Source: an uncultured Phycisphaera sp. (GTDB lineage: Bacteria; Planctomycetota; Phycisphaerae; UBA1845). Taken from it: a stretch of 64,000 bases of DNA. The notes under the pieces are model-generated. The model saw only the letters and a list, made by a program, of their open reading frames with translations, had not been told where the DNA came from and searched no databases. Below are positions 47,234 to 55,217 of the stretch, in pieces (positions within the stretch are counted from its first letter, which is position 1; the number at the start of each line of letters is the position of its first letter). Both the position numbers and the translations under genes were made by a program. The stretch is taken from contig CAZAMB010000001.1 of NCBI GenBank assembly GCA_964486335.1, positions 231,979 to 295,978 on the forward strand, written 5' to 3'.

Positions 47234-48697
47234 TTGACCACGCCCGCACAAAAACAACTGCTCCGCTCGCTGCCGTCGGTGTCGGCGCTGCTCGAACACG
47301 AGGACGTGCGCGAATGGCTCAACGGCGTGCCCCGTGGGTCGGTCGTTTCGGCGCTGCAGACGGCCGTCGATACCGCCCGCAAGACCATCCTCAGCGCGAC
47401 ATCGCCGGACGCGATCGACCTCCATGACATTCTGTTTCACGCCGAGGAGGAGCTGGTTCGACGATCGATCGCTTCGCTCCGCCGCGTGGTGAACGCCACG
47501 GGCATCGTCCTGCACACCGGCCTCGGCCGCGCGCCGCTCTGTGAATCGGCGATCGAGGCCATCGTCGACGGCGCTTCCGGCTATTGCAACCTCGAGTTCG
47601 ACCTCGTCACCGGCGAGCGCGGTCGCCGAACCACGCACATTGCCGAGCAGCTTTGCGAGATCACCGGGGCCGAGGCGGCCACGGTCGTCAACAACAACGC
47701 GGCCGCCACGCTGCTCATTCTCCAGACCTTCGGCGCAGGCCGCGAAGTCATCGTGTCGCGCGGGCAACTCGTCGAAATCGGCGGCAGCTTCCGCCTGCCA
47801 GACATCATGAGCGCCGGCGGCGTCACCCTCTGCGAGGTCGGCACAACCAACCGCACCCGATTGTCCGACTACGAGTCCGCCATCACCGATCAAACGGCCA
47901 TGCTGCTTCGCGTTCACACGAGCAATTTCCGCGTGATCGGATTCACTGAAGATGTGGCGATCGACGCGCTCGCCACGCTCGCGCATCGCTTCGGCCTGCT
48001 CGCGGTCGACGATCTCGGCAGCGGCGTGCTGTTCGATCCCGTGCTGCACGGCCTGCCGCCCGAGCCGTTCGTCAATGCCTCCATCGTCGCCGGCGCGGAC
48101 CTCGTCTGTTTCTCGGGCGACAAGCTGCTGGGTGGTCCGCAATGCGGCATCATTCTCGGCAAGCGCGAATACATTGACCGCATCAACGCCAATCCGCTCA
48201 TGCGGACCTATCGCGTCGATAAGCTCGTTCTCCTCGCCCTCGAAGCGACGCTTCGCCATTACGCCGACGCGTCCGATGCCTTGCAAAACATTCCGGCGCT
48301 CTCGATGCTCAGTGCGACCACCGACGACCTCGCCGCCCGCGCCCGGTCGTTGTCCGATGCCCTTCGCGCGGCCATTCCCGACGAGCAGTTCTACATCTGT
48401 TCCGATGTCGGCTTTGCCGGCGGCGGCTCCATGCCCGGACAGGAGCTTCCCACGGTGGTGGTTCAATGGAAACCGTCCGATCGGTCCGCCCAGTCGGCCG
48501 TCCGAGCCCTCCGACTCGGCGAGGTTCCGGTCGTCGCTCGCATCCGGGACGACGCCATCTGTTTCGACCTTCGTTCAATTCCCATGGCCGATATGGACTC
48601 TCTGGTCGCCGCTGTTCAAGCCGTTGCAGGGGAGAACGACTCGGCGGAGCATGGCGATTCCGGCCCTCCGACGGGTATTTCACTGCCGATCCTCTGA
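47234..48697 (+). CDS. selA: L-seryl-tRNA(Sec) selenium transferase
   Basis: TTG start 8 nt after the selB stop. LRSLPSV..LL, NATG..LHTGLGRAPL, VNNNAAA..L, SRG.LVEIGGSFR.PD and FSGDKLLGGPQCGII.G (PLP Lys context) are present. Confidence 0.9.
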   Translation: MTTPAQKQLLRSLPSVSALLEHEDVREWLNGVPRGSVVSALQTAVDTARKTILSATSPDAIDLHDILFHAEEELVRRSIASLRRVVNATGIVLHTGLGRAPLCESAIEAIVDGASGYCNLEFDLVTGERGRRTTHIAEQLCEITGAEAATVVNNNAAATLLILQTFGAGREVIVSRGQLVEIGGSFRLPDIMSAGGVTLCEVGTTNRTRLSDYESAITDQTAMLLRVHTSNFRVIGFTEDVAIDALATLAHRFGLLAVDDLGSGVLFDPVLHGLPPEPFVNASIVAGADLVCFSGDKLLGGPQCGIILGKREYIDRINANPLMRTYRVDKLVLLALEATLRHYADASDALQNIPALSMLSATTDDLAARARSLSDALRAAIPDEQFYICSDVGFAGGGSMPGQELPTVVVQWKPSDRSAQSAVRALRLGEVPVVARIRDDAICFDLRSIPMADMDSLVAAVQAVAGENDSAEHGDSGPPTGISLPIL

Positions 48698-48810
48698 TTT
48701 CCGGCCTTCGAAACTCCAACTGGAATCCGTCCCGGTTCGTGGTACAATGGGCCTGTGATCGCTCGGATAGTGGGCCGGGCAGGTAAAAATGGTAGAAGAG
48801 AGTGTTACGA

Positions 48811-48990
48811 ATGCCCCGACCGACCAAAGCGTTTAAACGACAGCGAATCAACGCCGCCTTGGCCTACAAGCGCGGTGAGAAGAAGGAAGCCTACGATCTT
48901 TGGGATAAGGCGGCCCAGGGAATGAAGGAACACCTTGCCAAGAAGCGTAACAAGAAAAAAGCCGCCGAAGACAAGCCCGCCGAGTCCTGA
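48811..48990 (+). CDS. small lysine-rich hypothetical protein
   Basis: 59 aa: MPRPTKAFKRQRINAALAYKRGEKKEAYDLWDKAAQGMKEHLAKKRNKKKAAEDKPAES. It is short, and coding is supported only by the ORF and its composition. Confidence 0.35.
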   Translation: MPRPTKAFKRQRINAALAYKRGEKKEAYDLWDKAAQGMKEHLAKKRNKKKAAEDKPAES

Positions 48991-49099
48991 TACTCCCCTC
49001 CGCGCCACGTTTATCGTTCCGGCTCGAACTTCGATGCCCATCCGCCGATAATATGGGTGGGTAGCGAAGGTTCTGGTTTCGTGACGGAGAGATCGAACG

Positions 49100-50455
49100 A
49101 TGAGTCAATCGACGATGGGCATCGTGGTGGGCGGCGGACCCGCGCCGGGGATCAATGGGGTCATTGGCGCGGCCGCTATCGAAGCGATCAACAACGGGCT
49201 GAAGGTCCTCGGATTCTACGACGGCTTCGGCCACCTCGCTGGCGACGACTTCGATCCCCAGCGCGACGTCCGTGAGCTTCGCATCGCGGATACCAGTCGC
49301 ATTCACTTCGACGGCGGGTCCGTCCTTCGTACGTCGCGCACCAGCCTGCTCGATTCCAAGAAGCTGAAAAGCTCCACCGTCGTCGCGCCTGATCCTGACA
49401 AAGTGAACCGCGTTCACGAGCGGCTGCGGTCGCTCGGCGTCACACACCTCCTGACCATCGGCGGCGACGACACCGCCCTGAGCGCCCGCTTCGTCGCCGA
49501 AGCCAGCGGCGGACGCATTCGCGTGGTGCATGTGCCCAAGACCATCGACAACGACCTGCCGCTGCCCGGCGACATTCCGACCTTCGGTTACGTCACTGCC
49601 CGGCACGAAGGCTCGCAGATCATCGCCAACCTGATGGAGGATTCGCGCACGACGCGCCGCTGGTACATCGTCGTGACGATGGGGCGCAACGCCGGGTTCC
49701 TCGCCCTGGGCATCGGAAAATCCGCCGGCGCGACGCTGACGCTGATTCCCGAGGAGTTTCCGCAATCAACGACCGTTCGCCATCTCGCCGACATCATCGA
49801 AGGCGCGATGCTCAAACGCCGAACGATGAACCGCGCCGACGGCGTCGTCGTGCTGGCCGAGGGGCTTGCCTACAAACTAGGTGACCGCGATGAGCTTTCC
49901 CGGCTTTTGGGAAAAGAAGTTCCCGTGGACGCCGCCGGCCATCCACGACTCGCCGAATTCCCCCTTGCGCAGATTCTCAAGGAGGAACTGCAGCGGCGCT
50001 TCGCATCGCGCGGCGATTCCGTCACGCTCGTCGCCCATGTGCTCGGCTATGAACTTCGCTGTGCCCGACCGACCACCTCGGACCTGGGCTACACGCGCGA
50101 TCTCGGCCACGGCGGCGTCCGTCTGCTGCTCGACCAGAAGAACGGCCACAAGCCCGGCGTTATGGTCACCATTCAGGACGGCGAACTCGTCCCCGTCTCC
50201 TTCGAGGACATGGTCGATCCCCAGACCAATCGCACGCGCATCCGAACCGTGAATCTCGACAGCTACTCCTACAGCGTCGCCCGTGCCTACATGATTCGGC
50301 TTGAACAGGAGGACTTTTCCGACGCCGCATCCCTTCAGGCATTGGCCGAGCAGGCCCACATGACACCGGAGGAGTTCCGCTCACGGTTTGAGCACATTGT
50401 TGAAAACGACGCCCGCTGCTTCCGCGAATTCGCCTCCTGCGCCGGCGAACGCTAA
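49100..50455 (+). CDS. pfp: 6-phosphofructokinase, pyrophosphate-dependent type
   Basis: [21 protein letters not shown] (GGDD rather than GGDGS, which favours PPi dependence), PKTIDNDL and [10 protein letters not shown]. Confidence 0.85.
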   Translation: MSQSTMGIVVGGGPAPGINGVIGAAAIEAINNGLKVLGFYDGFGHLAGDDFDPQRDVRELRIADTSRIHFDGGSVLRTSRTSLLDSKKLKSSTVVAPDPDKVNRVHERLRSLGVTHLLTIGGDDTALSARFVAEASGGRIRVVHVPKTIDNDLPLPGDIPTFGYVTARHEGSQIIANLMEDSRTTRRWYIVVTMGRNAGFLALGIGKSAGATLTLIPEEFPQSTTVRHLADIIEGAMLKRRTMNRADGVVVLAEGLAYKLGDRDELSRLLGKEVPVDAAGHPRLAEFPLAQILKEELQRRFASRGDSVTLVAHVLGYELRCARPTTSDLGYTRDLGHGGVRLLLDQKNGHKPGVMVTIQDGELVPVSFEDMVDPQTNRTRIRTVNLDSYSYSVARAYMIRLEQEDFSDAASLQALAEQAHMTPEEFRSRFEHIVENDARCFREFASCAGER

Positions 50456-50622
50456 CCTCTCGGTATTGTCTCCACGTTCTTTACCGGCAAGTCCCCTTTG
50501 ATTCAGCGGTCCGCTTTTGCTACCATATCAGCTTGAACTCGCCGCCGAATCCGGCGGCCAAGGAGCCTTCTCGCGAGTCGCGCCGAGCGCGACGGACGAA
50601 TCGGCCTCGAAGGAACCTCGAC

Positions 50623-52689
50623 ATGGTGTCCATTCGCAACGTCGCGCGCGCCCAGCCCGGATTATTCAATCCAACGCGGTTCGTCCCCCTGACGCTTCCC
50701 GGACGAATGAATCAGTCCAAGGAGGTCGCCGCCTCGCACCGTTGTTCGTCCGATCCGCTGCCCATGACGATGGACGAAGCCCGCCGTCGCGGATGGGACG
50801 AAATCGACGTCGTCTTCATCACCGGCGATGCCTACATCGACCATCCGAGTTTCGCCACAGCCATCCTCGGCCGAGTGCTCGAAGCCTGCGGTTTCCGCGT
50901 CGGAATCGTCGCCCAACCCGATTGGCATTCGTGTGAACCGTGGAAAATTTTCGGCCGGCCAAGGCTCTTCTTCGCCGTCTCCGCGGGCAACATGGATTCG
51001 ATGATCAACCATTACACGGCCAACAAAAAAGTGCGCAACGACGACGCCTATTCGCCCGGCGGACGCATCGGCTTGCGGCCTGATCGCGCCACGCTTGCCT
51101 ACTGCCAGCGCGCCCGCGAAGCCTACAAAGGCGTGCCGATCATCGCCGGCGGCGTCGAAGCCAGCCTTCGCCGACTCGCCCACTACGACTACTGGAGCGA
51201 CACGGTCAAACGCTCGATCCTGCTCGACGCCAAAGCCGACCTTGTCGCCTTCGGCATGGGTGAATCCGTCATCGTCGAAATCGCGCGTCGCCTCGCCGCC
51301 GGAGAATCCGTCCGCGATCTTCGCGACATGCGCGGCGTCGCCTACGCCCTCGGCGCATCCGAATCGACAATCGACAATCGCAAATCGAAAACCCTGACCG
51401 ATGCCGTCGTTCTTCCATCCTTTGAAGAAGTCAAATCTGACAACCTCGCCTTCGCCGAAGCCACCCGCCTCATCCACCTCGAAACCAATCCCTACAACGC
51501 CCGCCCGCTCGTTCAGTTCCACGGCGACCAGGCCGTCGTCTGCAATCCGCCGCGATTGCCGGAATCGAAAGAATCAATGGATTTCTTCTACGACCTTCCC
51601 TACTCGCGCCTCCCGCATCCGAGTTACGCCGAACCGATCCCGGCGTTTCAGGTGGTAAGGGATTCCGTCACCATCATGCGCGGCTGCTTCGGCGGCTGCA
51701 CCTACTGCTCGATCACCACCCACCAGGGCCGGATCATCCAGTCCCGCAGCAAGGAATCGATCGTCCGCGAGGTCGCTTGGATGGGAGCCGACAAGGACTT
51801 CAAAGGCGTGGTGAGCGACATCGGCGGTCCGACGGCCAACATGTACGAAATGCGCTGCGTCCGACCCGAGATCGAAGCCATCTGCCGCCGCTTGTCCTGC
51901 GTCCATCCGAAGGTCTGCCCGCTCCTCGGCACCGATCACGGCCCGCTCGTCGAGGTCATGCGCGAGACGCGCACTCAACCCGGCATTCGCAAGGTCTTCG
52001 TCGCCAGCGGCGTCCGCATGGACCTCGCGCGGCTGTCGCCCGAGTACATGCACGAACTCACCACCCATCACGTCGGCGGCCACCTTAAGGTCGCACAGGA
52101 ACACAGCGACGCCACGACGCTCGCAATGATGAAACGCCCCGAACCGGGCACGTTTCAGGACTTCGATGAAAAGTTCCGCGCCGAATCCGCCAAGGCCGGA
52201 AAGAAGCAGTACCTCGTCCCCTATTTCATTTCCGCCCACCCCGGCAGCGACCTCGCCGCCATGATCGACCTCGCCGTCTTCCTCAAGAACAACGGCTACA
52301 AGCCCGAACAGGTGCAGGATTTCATCCCCGCGCCATTCGACATCGCCGCCTGCATGTACCACACCGGCCTCGACCCCATGACGAAAAAACCCGTCAAGGT
52401 TGCCAAGGGTCTTCGCGATCGCAAGCTGCAACGCGCACTGATGCAGTTCTTCAAACCCGAGAATTACTTCACGGTTCGAAAGGCGCTTCTCGAAGCCGGC
52501 CGCCGCGATCTCATCGGCGACGGCTGCGGCTGCCTGATCCCAGCCCATCCGCCAAAGGCCGCCATCGCCGCCCGCCGTCATAGCGCCGTGCTCGAATCCC
52601 GCGACGGCGACCATGTCCACTCCCGCCGCCGAACACCGGGCCAAGGCTACCGACCGGGCCGGAGGTCCGCGAAACGACGGACGAAATGA
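50623..52689 (+). CDS. ygiQ: YgiQ-family radical SAM protein (UPF0313)
   Basis: [56 protein letters not shown] parallels the E. coli YgiQ N-terminus. The radical-SAM cluster is [11 protein letters not shown]. The start is uncertain: 50533 TTG, 50623 ATG or 50707 ATG. Confidence 0.88.
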   Translation: MVSIRNVARAQPGLFNPTRFVPLTLPGRMNQSKEVAASHRCSSDPLPMTMDEARRRGWDEIDVVFITGDAYIDHPSFATAILGRVLEACGFRVGIVAQPDWHSCEPWKIFGRPRLFFAVSAGNMDSMINHYTANKKVRNDDAYSPGGRIGLRPDRATLAYCQRAREAYKGVPIIAGGVEASLRRLAHYDYWSDTVKRSILLDAKADLVAFGMGESVIVEIARRLAAGESVRDLRDMRGVAYALGASESTIDNRKSKTLTDAVVLPSFEEVKSDNLAFAEATRLIHLETNPYNARPLVQFHGDQAVVCNPPRLPESKESMDFFYDLPYSRLPHPSYAEPIPAFQVVRDSVTIMRGCFGGCTYCSITTHQGRIIQSRSKESIVREVAWMGADKDFKGVVSDIGGPTANMYEMRCVRPEIEAICRRLSCVHPKVCPLLGTDHGPLVEVMRETRTQPGIRKVFVASGVRMDLARLSPEYMHELTTHHVGGHLKVAQEHSDATTLAMMKRPEPGTFQDFDEKFRAESAKAGKKQYLVPYFISAHPGSDLAAMIDLAVFLKNNGYKPEQVQDFIPAPFDIAACMYHTGLDPMTKKPVKVAKGLRDRKLQRALMQFFKPENYFTVRKALLEAGRRDLIGDGCGCLIPAHPPKAAIAARRHSAVLESRDGDHVHSRRRTPGQGYRPGRRSAKRRTK

Positions 52690-52777
52690 CAGTATGATCG
52701 TTCTGGCTCAGTAACCCCGCCGCGAAAACTCCCATATGGCAAACACGACCAAATCCGCTGCAACATTGAGAAGCTCC

Positions 52778-53251
52778 TTAACGGAACGAACCAGGCTGGA
52801 ACGCGTCGACGAAATGCTCGACCACCGGTTGGCCGCCGCGGCCATCCAAAACCGTGATCACATCGAAACGAACAGGACGATCGTCAGCGCGGGCGCGGAG
52901 AATGAAATATCGGGCGGCCTGGATGATCCGCTTTCGCTGACTCCAAAACACGGTGTGATCGGCGTCCTGCTCGGACTCAACGCTTCGTGACTTAACCTCG
53001 ACGAAAACGATGGTCGCGCCCTGCGTGGCGATCAGATCAACCTCGCCGACCGGCGAGTCGTAGTTTTGAGAGATGATTCTGTAGCCTTGCCGCCGCAGGA
53101 ACCGGGCGGCCTCACGCTCGCCGCGTGAACCCAGAACGTGCCGAACGTCGCTGTCAGCCTCAGGCCGACGCCGCCGCCAGTTCAGGCTCCGCAGCTTTCT
53201 TTTGGCCCAGCCGAAGTTCACGCAGTTTTCGAGCCTTGCCCAGACGCTCAC
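52778..53251 (-). CDS. yraN: YraN-family (UPF0102) endonuclease-like protein
   Basis: GEREAARFLRRQGYRIISQNY....GEVDLIA.....IVFVEVKSR. The only in-frame start in the track is GTG 53251, which overlaps the rplS 3' end by 92 nt, so the start is unresolved. Confidence 0.7.
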   Translation of the reverse strand: MSVWARLENCVNFGWAKRKLRSLNWRRRRPEADSDVRHVLGSRGEREAARFLRRQGYRIISQNYDSPVGEVDLIATQGATIVFVEVKSRSVESEQDADHTVFWSQRKRIIQAARYFILRARADDRPVRFDVITVLDGRGGQPVVEHFVDAFQPGSFR

Positions 53252-53558
53252 GCAGGTAATACAGCTTCGCCCGTCGAACGCGTCCGCGACGCTTGATCTT
53301 TACGTCCAGCACGTTGGGCGAATGAACCAGAAACGTTCGCTCGACGCCCTCGTTGCCGACGATGCGCCGAACGGTGAACGCCTCGTTGATGCCTCGCGAA
53401 CGCCGGGCAATCACCACGCCGTTGAAAACCTGCGTGCGTTCCTTTTCGCCTTCGACGATCCGCGTCAACACGTCGACCGTATCACCGATGTGAAACTCCG
53501 GCACGCTCGATTTCAGATAGCCCTTCTCGACGACCTCGATCAACGCATGGTGATTCAT
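53160..53558 (-). CDS. rplS: 50S ribosomal protein L19
   Basis: PEFHIGDTVDV..RIVEGEKERTQVFNGVVIARR..G.NEAFTVRRI..GEGVERTF..HSP....V.I.RRG.VRRAKLYYLR. Confidence 0.93.
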   Translation of the reverse strand: MNHHALIEVVEKGYLKSSVPEFHIGDTVDVLTRIVEGEKERTQVFNGVVIARRSRGINEAFTVRRIVGNEGVERTFLVHSPNVLDVKIKRRGRVRRAKLYYLRERLGKARKLRELRLGQKKAAEPELAAASA

Positions 53559-53659
53559 GACAGAAACTCCAATCCGACGGCAAGCCGCCGCGCTTCATCC
53601 GACTCGCCGTCGCTTAATACAATCGCCGACATCGCCCATTGTGGACGACGATAATAGCT

Positions 53660-54355
53660 CTACTCTTCGTTCTCCGGCCTATCCATCAGGTCCGGCCGTC
53701 GGTCCAGCGTCCGCCGAAGCGATTGCTCGCGCCGCCACGCCGCGATTTTTGCATGGTCCCCGGAGAGCAGTACCTCGGGAACCGTCATGCCGCGAAACTC
53801 ACGCGGCCGCGTGTAATGTGGATAGTCCAGCGTTCCATCGCTGAACGACTCGCGAACCGCGGATTCGCCGTCGCCCAACGCGCCGGGCAGCAACCGCACG
53901 ATCGCGTCGATCAGGACGATGGCCGCCGACTCGCCGCCGGACAACACATAATCGCCGATCGAAACCTCCCGGACTTCGACACCCTCGCGAATTCGCTCGT
54001 CGAATCCTTCGTAGTGCCCGCACAACACGATCAGCCATGGCGCAAGCGACAGTTCCGCGACCGTCGACTGTTTGAGCGGTTCGCCCTGCGGTGTCAGCAG
54101 AATCCGAACCGGCTTCTCCTCTTTCCCAGCTTCCAACGATGCCAGGGCGTCGAAGACCGGTTGGCACATCAGCACCATGCCGGGTCCGCCGCCGAACGGT
54201 CGGTCGTCTACCGACCGGTGACGACCTTGCGCAAAACCGCGTAAATCAGTGCAAACAACATCGACGATTCCACCTTCGATGGCCCGTCCGACAATGCTGG
54301 TCTTCAAGAACGGCTCAAACACGCCCGGAAAAAGCGTCAGCACGTCGATTCGCAT
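53660..54355 (-). CDS. trmD: tRNA (guanine37-N1)-methyltransferase
   Basis: ATG 54355 gives [22 protein letters not shown], then [42 protein letters not shown] and HYTRP. Confidence 0.92.
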   Translation of the reverse strand: MRIDVLTLFPGVFEPFLKTSIVGRAIEGGIVDVVCTDLRGFAQGRHRSVDDRPFGGGPGMVLMCQPVFDALASLEAGKEEKPVRILLTPQGEPLKQSTVAELSLAPWLIVLCGHYEGFDERIREGVEVREVSIGDYVLSGGESAAIVLIDAIVRLLPGALGDGESAVRESFSDGTLDYPHYTRPREFRGMTVPEVLLSGDHAKIAAWRREQSLRRTLDRRPDLMDRPENEE

Positions 54356-54372
54356 GCGACTTGGCCGCGACG

Positions 54373-54633
54373 CTATTTCTTGCGAACCGCGACCCCTTGT
54401 TTTTCCAGGAGTTTGCGCACCGTATCGGTCGGCTGCGCGCCGACGCTCAGCCAATACTCCACACGATCACGATTCAGAGAGAACTGGAGTTCCGCGTTGC
54501 GGTTGAGCGGATCGTACTGACCGAGTTCCTCAATCACTTTCGTGTCGCGAGTCCGGCGACGATCCACGGCCGTCAGACGATAATGCGGCTGATGCCGACG
54601 ACCATACCTCTTGAGCTTCAAGCGAACAGCCAT
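54373..54633 (-). CDS. rpsP: 30S ribosomal protein S16
   Basis: ATG 54633 gives [39 protein letters not shown]. Confidence 0.93.
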   Translation of the reverse strand: MAVRLKLKRYGRRHQPHYRLTAVDRRRTRDTKVIEELGQYDPLNRNAELQFSLNRDRVEYWLSVGAQPTDTVRKLLEKQGVAVRKK

Positions 54634-54945
54634 TCCGACAGACCTCCGAGCGGGACGCGGCCCCGTGTTGCATTCCAATCCGGCGATTCCGATAGCCGGA
54701 GCCCGGCCAGTATACTGTCGAAGTCCATTCCCGCAAGAGTACAGCCGTTGGGAGAAGATTCAGCGGGTCCGTGACAGTTCCGGCGAGGAATCAATCCGAA
54801 CCCGGAGCGCGAGCGACGGGCCTTGGTTCTCGCGACCTATCATCATTCAAGGCCCCGCGCTGGCGCTTGGCGTTCGGATGGGCGAAGCGCGCCGCCCGCC
54901 GAAAGTGTCACGGACACAGATTCAGCCGCGGAGCGGCATGACGCT

Positions 54946-54987
54946 AAAAAGAAAGCACCGCTCACCCGAAGGCGAAACGGTGCTTTC
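54946..54987 (-). terminator. strong intrinsic terminator (minus strand)
   Basis: The minus strand reads GAAAGCACCGTTTCGCC-TTCG-GGTGAGCGGTGCTTTC followed by TTTTTAG. This gives a stem of about 16 bp with one bulge, a UUCG tetraloop and a U-tract. Confidence 0.7.
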
Positions 54988-55146
54988 CGGAGGGGAAAGA
55001 AGCCTGGTACTGCTCATATTGGGGCCGAAAACGCCCCGTCCCTCTGTGATTTATACCCTCAACATGCCCATTCGGTTCCGTAACAGCCAAACAACCACGG
55101 CACCGATCTATCGGCAGAATCTATCGGCCACCTTTGGTTCGTCAAG
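54946..55146 (-). ncRNA. candidate unclassified small RNA (alternatively a long nrdJ 3' UTR)
   Basis: On the minus strand a TATAAT (55158-55153) and a TTGACG (55145-55140) lie in an AT-rich patch just after the nrdJ stop. About 150-200 nt downstream is the terminator at 54946-54987. Internal hairpins include CGGTGCCGT..ACGGAACCG and GGGGC-gttttcg-GCCCC. There is no credible ORF. Confidence 0.25.
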
Positions 55147-55217
55147 TGAACAATTATAGACCTTTTTTCCAAAAAGTCGACCTGAAATCCGCAATTTTAC
55201 CGGACATTACATTCTGC

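Noticed and set aside
54961-55020. The sequence tccggaggggaaagaagcc resembles the SRP RNA domain IV motif (uccggaaggaagcagcc).
   Set aside because: The GNRA-type GGAA loop and the flanking symmetric-loop residues are not reproduced. The segment is part of the terminator flank. I cannot fold a 4.5S-like hairpin from it.
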